From positions 1 through 57,545 of the forward strand of contig VGRE01000001.1 in the NCBI GenBank assembly GCA_016875435.1: a stretch of 57,545 nucleotides of DNA, written 5' to 3'. The notes below the pieces were generated by a model, which worked only from the letters and a program-made list of their open reading frames with translations, was not told where the DNA came from and did not search any database. Below, piece after piece: positions 24,929 through 32,428 of this stretch (position 1 is its first letter; every line of letters starts with the position of its first letter). The stretch comes from Deltaproteobacteria bacterium. GTDB taxonomy: Bacteria; Myxococcota_A; UBA796; SXON01. The position numbers and the translations under genes are program-made.

Positions 24929-26681
24929 GCCGGCATCACCGACCGCAGGTGCTCCCGGTTGTGGAAGAACTCGCGCACCACCGCCGCGTGACGCGCCTGC
25001 GCCTCGGCCGCGGCCCCCTCCTGGCCCAGCGCCTTCACGTCGCGCAGGAGAGCCAGCACGATGGCAGGCACCAGGGCCGCGCGCTCCGATGATTCCAACC
25101 TGCGCTTCGCGTCGTAACAGCGCACGAAGTGAACCACTCGCCGGGGATCGGCCTGCTCGTCGTTGCCCCGGTAGCCGGCGTACACGGCGGAACGGCCCAG
25201 ATCAAACAACATTGGTGAAACCCTGAGTTTTTCTAGGTCGAGCACGGCGATGCGACCGTCGCCGAGCGACACCGCGTGGTCGCGATGGAAGCTCCCGTGG
25301 ACGAGCCCGCGCGGGAGCTCGGTTGCGACACCCGCCATGGCCCAGTCCCAGGCCTCGCGCAGCCCCGGCGCGTCGAAGGGCTGGAGCGTGGCCCAGGGCA
25401 GGTCCTCGTCGCGATTGTCGATCTCGGGGAACTCGAGGCGCAGATCGCCGATGGCGTGGAAGGCCGCGAGGGCGTGGGCCAGGCGCTCGATGTCGCGGGC
25501 GCTCGACGAGGGGCGTGCGTCGCCGAGGTAGGGGTAGAGCGCCGCCACGCGGGGGCCCACGCGCAGGATCGAGCGGCCATCGGGGAGACGAGCGGCGACT
25601 CGACGACAGCCGCGGCGCCCTGGAGGCGCTGGTCGATCGCTTGCTCCAGCTCGAAAAGCCGCCCCGGAACGGGCTTGTTGAAGACCTTGAGCACCGCCTC
25701 GCCCTCGCGCAGGCTCACCCGGATCACGTCGTTGCAGGCATGGCGCTGGTAGCTCGCCGTCGCGACGGCGCCGAGGCCGAGGGCGCCGAGATCCACGCCG
25801 TCGAGGGGGTGCCAGAGACCGTCCTCCGGGCGCCACGGCCCGGTCCACTCGGTCTTGGGGAAGGCCCGCGGGTACCGGTCCTGCCCGTGCGCCGGCCGCG
25901 ACGGGGTGCAGGCCGCCTCCCAGGGCGAGGACTCGCCCTTGGCGAGGCGACGCTCGGCGTGCAGCAGCCACAGGTACAGGCCGATCCGCGCCCGATCAGC
26001 GTCTTGACCGGTCACGGCCTCCCAGGCGGCGGCGATGGGATCGATGCCGCATGGATCGCCTCCGGCGCCGTGGACCGCCTGGGCAAGGTCGATCTCGGGG
26101 TCGGCCCAGCCCACGGCCCCGAAGTCGAGCAGGCCCACGAGTTCGGTGCTGCGCGTCACCCAGTTCGAGGGGTGGAGGTCGAGGTGACAGGTGGCATCGC
26201 CCACCAGCACCAGCGACGCGAAGGCCTCCCGCAGCTCGGCCGGCAACTCCGGTCGCGACACGCGCAGTCGGGTGCGTTGCACCCAGTCCATCGCGCTCGC
26301 GCCGAGGGGCGCGCGCTGGCGGTGGAGGCGGCCGAGGATGGCGCCCGCGGCAGGGAGCTGGTCGGGGCGCAGGCGAAGGGGCCGGGGGTTTCCCTGGCGC
26401 ACGTCGTCGAGCACCAGCGTGGCGCCTGCATCCGGGTGAACCCGAGGGGCGACGAAGCCGAGGTCGAGGCCAAGCACGGCGCGCTCGCGATCGGCGCGGG
26501 CGGGCTCGTCGTGGATCTTGATGAAGCGACGCTCGAAGCTGGCGTCGCGACGGCGATACACGTGCACCCCGGCGTGGGCGCCCACCAGATCGAGGGGTCC
26601 GAACTTGGCGCGTAGCGCCACCTCGTCGATCGCGTCGGCCCGCCCGTGCGCGCGGGGCAGTCCCGGCGGGAGCGGCATCAC
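24925..26681 (-). pseudogene. tandem APH/choline-kinase-type phosphotransferase (two kinase domains) interrupted by an apparent frameshift near 25585-25612
   Basis: Domain 1 is complete in the 482-aa ORF (HLDLHPSNW, LLDFGAVGW). The domain 2 N-lobe (VIRVSLREGEAVLKVFNK) is in that same frame. Its C-lobe (LVHGSFHRDHAVSL, VLDLEKL) is in the frame of the 348-aa ORF. After the junction both ORFs turn into Arg/Pro/Ser junk. Confidence 0.6.
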
Positions 26682-27211
26682 GTGGCTGTCTCGGGCGGGT
26701 CCCAGGACTCGAGGTCACCCTCCCTCAGCGCGAAGGGGAGCTTGATGTCGACCGTGAAGGTGAGACGAGGCTGGTCGCTCGGGTTCCGCGCCGAGTGGGG
26801 AACTCGCACGTCGAGCAGGCGCAGGGTGCCCAGGGGCCAGCGGGCCTCTTCCTCGGCGGGGAGCTGGCAGGCGAGGTGTACCCGCACCATGTCGTCGTCG
26901 CGCAAGTCGGTGTGCTTGGCCAGGTCGGCGCCGGGGTCGAGGCGCAAGAAGCCGGCGACGGGCGCGTTCGGCAGCCGGTCGAGGACGGCCATCGTGGCGG
27001 GACAGCGCGCGCGGTTGGCGGCGAAGTCGACGCCGGGGAATTCCTTTTCCCAGGGGCCAACGCGCAGGAGGAAGCCACGCCACTGGCCGCGGTAGCGCTC
27101 GCGCGAGGGCATGTCGACGAACAACTCGGCCGGGATCGACAGCGCCTCGGCGCGGATGGCCTCGGCGGCGGCGAGAATGTGCTCGGTGCCGGGAATGTCG
27201 GCGGGAGACAT
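26678..27211 (-). CDS. aspartyl/asparaginyl beta-hydroxylase family (cupin, 2OG/Fe(II)) protein
   Basis: Internal ATG at 27211. GFLRLDPGADLAKHTDLRDDDMVRVHLACQLP matches the Asp_Arg_Hydrox H-x-D ... R-x-H-L core. The stop overlaps the kinase start. Confidence 0.75.
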   Translation of the reverse strand: MSPADIPGTEHILAAAEAIRAEALSIPAELFVDMPSRERYRGQWRGFLLRVGPWEKEFPGVDFAANRARCPATMAVLDRLPNAPVAGFLRLDPGADLAKHTDLRDDDMVRVHLACQLPAEEEARWPLGTLRLLDVRVPHSARNPSDQPRLTFTVDIKLPFALREGDLESWDPPETAT

Positions 27212-27372
27212 GCGCGGAATGTACCGCGCGTCGCGGACCTCGGAGGGGCGCTGGCCCTGCTCGCCAGCTTGATCGCCTTCTCGCCGCCACGAGCGGTTCG
27301 GGGGAGGTTGGGGAGTCAGGGCCGCCACCCAGGGGGTGGGCGGACCCGTAGCGGCTCGGATACCGTCCGCAC

Positions 27373-28272
27373 GTGGTGCCCGCGCACGAGGATCCCGCCA
27401 TCCACGCCTTGCTCGCGGGGGGGCCGGCGTTGCAGGTGGCGTGGCTGCGGAGGCGGTCGCTCCCAGCGGCGGTGTTGCTTCCCCTGCTCAACGCCTGCGC
27501 CCAGCGGTGTTTCTTCTGCGCCGGGCCGGGGACGACGATGGTGCCCGAGCGCGAGGTCACGTCCTGGGCGACGATCGACGCCCAGCTCTGTCCGCCTCCC
27601 GGCGTGTCGCGACTGCTCGTGGGCGGGAACGAGCCGACGCTACACCCGAGGTTCGCCAACGCGCTGCAACTCGCGCGCGATCGCGGCTTCGGCCACGTCG
27701 ACCTGATGACCAACGGCGCCACGCTCATCACCGGCGCGCGAGCGTGGGCGGCGCTCGGCCTTCGCGAGGTGGTGGTGCCCCTCTACGGCACCCGCGCCGC
27801 GGAACACGACCCTGTCGCCGGGTCGCCCTGCTTCGACGCGGTGATGTCCGGGCTCCGCGCCGCGCAGGCGGCCGACATCCGCGTGTGGGTGCACACCCTC
27901 GCGACGCGGGAAACGCTGCCGCGGCTCGGAGAGCTCGCCGCGTTCGCCCGGGCGGAGTTCGGCACGCGCCTCGGCCTGGGGCTGCTGCGCCCCAAGCCGG
28001 TATTCGACTGGTCGCGACACGCGGTCTCCCTGGGACAGCTGCGCCGTGCCCTCGTCCATCTCGACGTGGACCTGCTGGCTGCGCCGCTTTGCCTCGCGTG
28101 GGGACAGGGTGACGACCTCGTCCCTGGGCCATCCAGCCCCGCCTCGGAACGTTCCCCACTAGCGACGATCTACTTCCTCACCCAGCGACGCCGCTACCTC
28201 CCGGCGTGCGACGGCTGCCCGTCGCGAGCGAACTGCGCGGGGGTGGTGGATGCCTACGCTACATCACCCTGA
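27373..28272 (+). CDS. radical SAM protein with C-terminal Cys cluster
   Basis: LLNACAQRCFFCAG (CX3CX2C), LLVGGNEPTLHP, DLMTNGATL and the C-terminal CDGCPSRANCAG. It is divergent from the hydroxylase operon. Confidence 0.8.
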   Translation: MVPAHEDPAIHALLAGGPALQVAWLRRRSLPAAVLLPLLNACAQRCFFCAGPGTTMVPEREVTSWATIDAQLCPPPGVSRLLVGGNEPTLHPRFANALQLARDRGFGHVDLMTNGATLITGARAWAALGLREVVVPLYGTRAAEHDPVAGSPCFDAVMSGLRAAQAADIRVWVHTLATRETLPRLGELAAFARAEFGTRLGLGLLRPKPVFDWSRHAVSLGQLRRALVHLDVDLLAAPLCLAWGQGDDLVPGPSSPASERSPLATIYFLTQRRRYLPACDGCPSRANCAGVVDAYATSP

Positions 28273-28440
28273 TCGCCGCCGCGAGACCGTCGATCGCCTC
28301 CGCGATGCGCGCGGGCGGCGCGAGCGCGCCAGCGCAGATCACCCCGAGGAGCCCGAGGCCGACGAGCGGCGTTCCCTTCATCGAGGCCGTCACGGAGTCC
28401 ACCCGTGCGGCAGCGTATTCTGTCGCGATGAGGGGCCCAT

Positions 28441-29670
28441 TCACGGCGCGCCCAGCCGGTGGAGCACAATCTCGCTCGCGATGCCCATCCGGGGCGGCAG
28501 CCCGGTGTGCCAGTTGCCGCGGTGCACCCACAGCGCCGTGCCCTCGCGCTCGAACCGGCCCTGGTCGTAGGCGCCGAACAAACGGAGCAAGCTCCAGGGG
28601 CGGCCCACGTCCACGCCCACCTGTCCCCCGTGGGTGTGGCCGGCGAGCACCAGCTGGAATCGTCCCGGGGGCACCGCGTCGAATACCCGCGGATCGTGTA
28701 CCATCAGCAGGCGACGGTCGGCGGGTGGGGCGGGCATGCGGGCGATCGCTGCCGCCGCGCGCGCGCGGGCGTCCTTCCAGTGGAAGTTCACCGCGGCCAC
28801 CTCTACCGTGAGGTCGCCGAGCACCAGGAGCCGCGACTCGTCTACGAGGCAGTGCATGCCTCGGGCCTCGAAACCGGCGCGCAGTCGCTCGGCGACGGGG
28901 AGGTCGTGATTGCCGAGGCAGGCGACGACGGGAACGTTCAGTCGCGACAGGGCGTCGAGCACGAAGTCAAAGTCGCCCTCGGAGTAGGGCATCAGGTGGT
29001 CGCCGGTGACGGCCACGATCTCCGGCGAGAGCGCCTGGGCTCGCCCGACCACCGCGTCGAGGTCGCGGCGTGTCATCAGGGGGCAGCCGTGGAGGTCGCT
29101 CAGGTGGACGACGCGCAGGGCGCGCTCTCCGGTGCCCACCCGGTGCTCGCGGACGGTCGAGTGGCGCAGGTAGGTCCACGCCGTGCCGAGGAGAGCCAGG
29201 CCGAGCGGCCCGAGGAGCCAGGCCCCCGGCCACCAGTCCCGCGTCAAGAGCGCGTAGGGCGCCCAGAAACACAGCCAGAGCCCGGTCCACAGCGAGAACG
29301 CCATCGCCGCCTGCGCGAGCCGGGCCAGCGCCGTCCAGAACGGCCCCGGGTCGCGACGTAGATCGAGCGCGTGGAAGAGGCCGTAGATCGCGGCCGGTCC
29401 CACGGCGAGCGAGAGGCCGAGCGCCCAGGAACGAGCGCCCGAGAGGCTCCACAGCGTGGGGTAAACACCCACCATCGCCACCACGAGCACGGCCACGGCG
29501 TGGTCGTTGAGCGTTCGTCCACCGCGCCACACCCGCCAGCAGGTGAGCACCGCGAGGAGCGCCGCGGCGCCCCAGCCGAGAAGGTGAGCCTGCGCGCTAC
29601 CCGCAGTCAACGAGGCAGTCGCTACCGGTGTCGTCGGGCTCGGGGCTGGACTCGCCACCGCCGGAACCAT
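28441..29670 (-). CDS. membrane-anchored metallophosphoesterase (calcineurin-like)
   Basis: Several N-terminal TM segments, then VVHLSDLHG, VTGDH, LGNHD and LAGHTHGGQV. Confidence 0.85.
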   Translation of the reverse strand: MVPAVASPAPSPTTPVATASLTAGSAQAHLLGWGAAALLAVLTCWRVWRGGRTLNDHAVAVLVVAMVGVYPTLWSLSGARSWALGLSLAVGPAAIYGLFHALDLRRDPGPFWTALARLAQAAMAFSLWTGLWLCFWAPYALLTRDWWPGAWLLGPLGLALLGTAWTYLRHSTVREHRVGTGERALRVVHLSDLHGCPLMTRRDLDAVVGRAQALSPEIVAVTGDHLMPYSEGDFDFVLDALSRLNVPVVACLGNHDLPVAERLRAGFEARGMHCLVDESRLLVLGDLTVEVAAVNFHWKDARARAAAAIARMPAPPADRRLLMVHDPRVFDAVPPGRFQLVLAGHTHGGQVGVDVGRPWSLLRLFGAYDQGRFEREGTALWVHRGNWHTGLPPRMGIASEIVLHRLGAP

Positions 29671-29721
29671 CGCAAGCGAAGAACAGCCAGGAGAGGAGGA
29701 GCATCATGCGGCGACCATAAC

Positions 29722-30306
29722 TCACAGGCCACCGAAGAGGGCCTGGCAGTCTTCCAGCACGTCCTGGGGCGAGGTGCTGTAGTTCACGTCGTCGTACTCC
29801 AGCAGCACCGCGCCGTCGTCGCCGAGCAACCTCGTGATGCGGTCGGCAACGGTGGTGCGATCGCTCTCTGCGGCGCCGTAGTACAGCGCCAGCGTCTTGT
29901 CGTCGTCGGTCCAGAGGTCGAAGAGGTAGCCCTCTTCCTCAGCCCAGGCCTGGTTGGCGCTCGGTTCGTCGAAGGAAACGCCCACGATCTTGACGCCAAG
30001 GGCGTCGAAGTGTTGCTGGCGGTCGCGGTACCCGCAACCTTCTGTGGTTCAGCCAGCGGTGTTGGCGAGCGGGTAGAACCAGATCACCGTGGGGTGGCCC
30101 ACGAGGTCGACGCTGGTGCGCGCGGTGCCGTCGCGGTTGGTGGCCGCAAACTCGGGAACGGGCACCGGCTCGCTCGGCGCCACGCCGTGGAGGCCTTGCG
30201 GCATCGGCTCGGCGCTGTCGCCGGTGTCGGCCGCGGGGGCGCTGGTGTCGGCGGAGACTTCGGCTTGGGGCTGTTTCGCCGCGCAGGCCACGAGGAGGAG
30301 CATCAT
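29722..30306 (-). CDS. BCP-type peroxiredoxin lipoprotein with in-frame TGA at the peroxidatic position (candidate selenocysteine)
   Basis: ORFs 30049-30306 and 29722-29985 are in the same frame and are separated only by the TGA at 30049-30051. The read-through gives IWFYPLANTAG-U-TTEGCGYRD...GVSFDEP, which is the FYPxxxTPGCTxExCxFRD Prx/BCP signature. N-terminal lipobox LLLVAC. Confidence 0.6.
30021..30039 (-). other. candidate bacterial SECIS stem-loop
   Basis: mRNA GGUUGCG-GGUAC-CGCGACC forms a 7-bp stem including one G-U pair. It begins 9 nt after the UGA, so the loop starts about 17 nt after the UGA and contains GU. Confidence 0.4.
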
Positions 30307-30315
30307 GACGGCCGA

Positions 30316-30846
30316 CTAACCGACCCCCCAGCCGACGAGGTCGCCGGGGACGTTGAAGTTGAGGACACAGCCGGGGTCGCTCACCTCGACGCGCGGGGCG
30401 AGGCGAAGGCGCTCGTCGAGGCGGCCGGGGCGGTGGGGCGCCGCGAGCCGCACCGGGTGACCGTCGCGACCCTGGAACCTGGGGACCGCGTCGCCGGTGG
30501 CGGCGAGCAAGGCGGCGAGGGTGTCGGGCCGGGGCGGCGGCAGGTCGACCGGGGAAAGCAGGCAGTCGCCCAGCCCATTCAGGGCGAGCCAGGCCGACGC
30601 TGCCGGGTCGGTGGCGGCCCAGTCATGGTTCTCGACCACGCGCACCCCGGCGGGGACCACGGCCCGGACCCGCGGGGCCTCGGCTCCGATGACGACCGTG
30701 ACCCGCAGGCCGAGCGAGGCATAGGCACGGATGTGCCACAGCAGCAGCGGCTCGCCGTCGAGCGGGAGCAGCGCCTTGGGGCGGCCCATCCGGCGCCCGC
30801 CGCCGGCGGCGAGGACAACCGCTTCGCGCAGCCCCGCGTGTTCCAC
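30316..30846 (-). CDS. MobA/MocA-like nucleotidyltransferase (molybdenum cofactor nucleotidylyltransferase family)
   Basis: VVLAAGGGRRMGRPKALLPLDGEPLL is the MobA-like NTP_transf_3 signature. Confidence 0.75.
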   Translation of the reverse strand: MEHAGLREAVVLAAGGGRRMGRPKALLPLDGEPLLLWHIRAYASLGLRVTVVIGAEAPRVRAVVPAGVRVVENHDWAATDPAASAWLALNGLGDCLLSPVDLPPPRPDTLAALLAATGDAVPRFQGRDGHPVRLAAPHRPGRLDERLRLAPRVEVSDPGCVLNFNVPGDLVGWGVG

Positions 30847-30948
30847 CTGGCCTCCGTGCTACATGTAGTCGGCACCGGGCGCTTTGCCCGGCGGAGAGGC
30901 CACCGCTTGCTGCCGAAGACAAAAGCCTGGTTCATCAGGCAGACTCCG

Positions 30949-31599
30949 ATGCTCTCCGACCTGCCGGAGCGCGATAAGGACCTGTTCGATCACGTTGGAG
31001 AATCCATGGATCTCCGGCGGAAAGCGCTGATCTGGGAGCCCGGGGACAGCACCTCGTCCGTCTTCCTGGTGCGCGCCGGGATTGTCAAGCTGAGCAAGAC
31101 CAGCGACGAGGGCCGCGAGTTGACGCTCGGCTTCTTCACCCGTGACCAGTTTCTCGGCGAGCTCGGCATCGTGAGCGATGCAGCGCACGACACCATCGCC
31201 GAGGCTTACGAGGACACGCAGTTGTTCCGCGTGCCCAAGGACGACTTCGTGCGCGTGATGATGCGGCACCCCCCGCTGGCGCTCCGGATGGTGAAGCTGG
31301 TGGGCGAGCGGCGGCAGCGCCTAGAAAACCGTGTGGAAAGCCTATTGTTCAAGAGTGCGCACGCCAGGCTCGCGGGGCTCTTTCTCGACCTGGTCCGCGA
31401 CTTTGGCGTCCGTGACAGCCGCGGGCACATCGTGAACCTGAAGCTCACCCACAAGGAAATCGCCAACTTGATTGGTGCTACTCGCGAGACGGTGAGTTTC
31501 GCCATTCTCGACATGCGCCGCGACGGGCTGATTCTCACCGAGGGCAAGCGGGTGATCATGGTCGACGAGCTCAGGCTCCGGCACCTGCGCGACAGCTGA
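30949..31599 (+). CDS. CRP/FNR family transcriptional regulator
   Basis: Internal ATG at 30949. cNMP-binding fold (VFLVRAGIVKLSK...GRELTLGFF...FLGE) and a C-terminal HTH (THKEIANLIGATRETVSFAILDMRRDG). Confidence 0.85.
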   Translation: MLSDLPERDKDLFDHVGESMDLRRKALIWEPGDSTSSVFLVRAGIVKLSKTSDEGRELTLGFFTRDQFLGELGIVSDAAHDTIAEAYEDTQLFRVPKDDFVRVMMRHPPLALRMVKLVGERRQRLENRVESLLFKSAHARLAGLFLDLVRDFGVRDSRGHIVNLKLTHKEIANLIGATRETVSFAILDMRRDGLILTEGKRVIMVDELRLRHLRDS

Positions 31600-31604
31600 G
31601 CAGG

Positions 31605-32396
31605 ATGGCAGGGATGTTGGCCGCGACCTGGCTCCCGGCGATGCTGGGCTGCCTGCCGCACGGGGCGATGGGGGGGCGGGGACGCGAAGAGGCGCGCGCC
31701 TACGACATCGAGGTCTCCGACGACCAGGGCCTCGCCTGCGCCGCCCGGCTGAGCCTGCACTACGCCGAGGAATTCCGCGACCAGAGCATCGGGTGGCTGG
31801 CCTGCCTGCACCCGCCGGGCGCCGCGCCCATCGCGAGCGAGTGTGTCGAGCTCCGCGCCTTCCCCACCGGCGAGGTGCTGGAGGTGCGGGGGCTTGCCGA
31901 GCGGCCGGCCCTCGCGCGTCTCGATCTCCTATGGCCGATGCTCTCCCCCGCGATCGGGAACGGGGCGGTGATCACCAGCTGGCCCCTGTACTCCGGGCCG
32001 TCGCAGCCGGTGCGCGTGGTGGCGAGCGGCCGGTGGTCGCGCGAGGGGGACCAGCACGCCTGGCGAGCGACGCTGGAGGCCAACGACCCGTCGCTGGTGC
32101 TGGCGGGCGAGGTGGAGGCCCGAGTGAGCGTGGGCGGCGGCTCGGTGCGGCAGGCCGAGTGGAACGCGAGGCGCTCCGCGTGCGCCGGTGACGACTGCGT
32201 CGACTGGACGACCACCGGGCGCTTGCGCGCCGTGGGGATGGTCCCGGCGCTCGCCAGCGCGGTGGTGGCCGATCGCGCGGCGGTCCTCGGGCGCCGACAG
32301 CCCGGCGTGACGACTGCCGCCAACTACACGAGAGTCTTGCGTGGCGAGGATACTTCAGCGCTTCCTGGCTGCGTCGCGGGTGCGCCTTCCGGCTGA
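31605..32396 (+). CDS. hypothetical lipoprotein
   Basis: The N-terminus LPAMLGC is lipobox-like. It starts 5 nt after the crp-like stop. No family recognised. Confidence 0.5.
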   Translation: MAGMLAATWLPAMLGCLPHGAMGGRGREEARAYDIEVSDDQGLACAARLSLHYAEEFRDQSIGWLACLHPPGAAPIASECVELRAFPTGEVLEVRGLAERPALARLDLLWPMLSPAIGNGAVITSWPLYSGPSQPVRVVASGRWSREGDQHAWRATLEANDPSLVLAGEVEARVSVGGGSVRQAEWNARRSACAGDDCVDWTTTGRLRAVGMVPALASAVVADRAAVLGRRQPGVTTAANYTRVLRGEDTSALPGCVAGAPSG

Positions 32397-32428
32397 AACT
32401 TGGTACAGTCGCGGCCGGAGCCGATGCC

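Noticed and set aside
15991-28272. Idea that the tRNA-Met marks the integration site of a genomic island carrying the radical-SAM cassettes
   Set aside because: I found no integrase, recombinase or transposase gene in the window. I also found no direct repeat of the tRNA 3' end, and I saw no obvious compositional shift by eye. The idea remains possible only as untested speculation.
29371-30948. N-terminal 526 codons of the 742-aa ORF ending in the CRP-like regulator
   Set aside because: This part is antisense to the phosphoesterase, the peroxiredoxin and the MobA-like gene, and has junk composition. Only the last 216 codons show cNMP-binding and HTH motifs.
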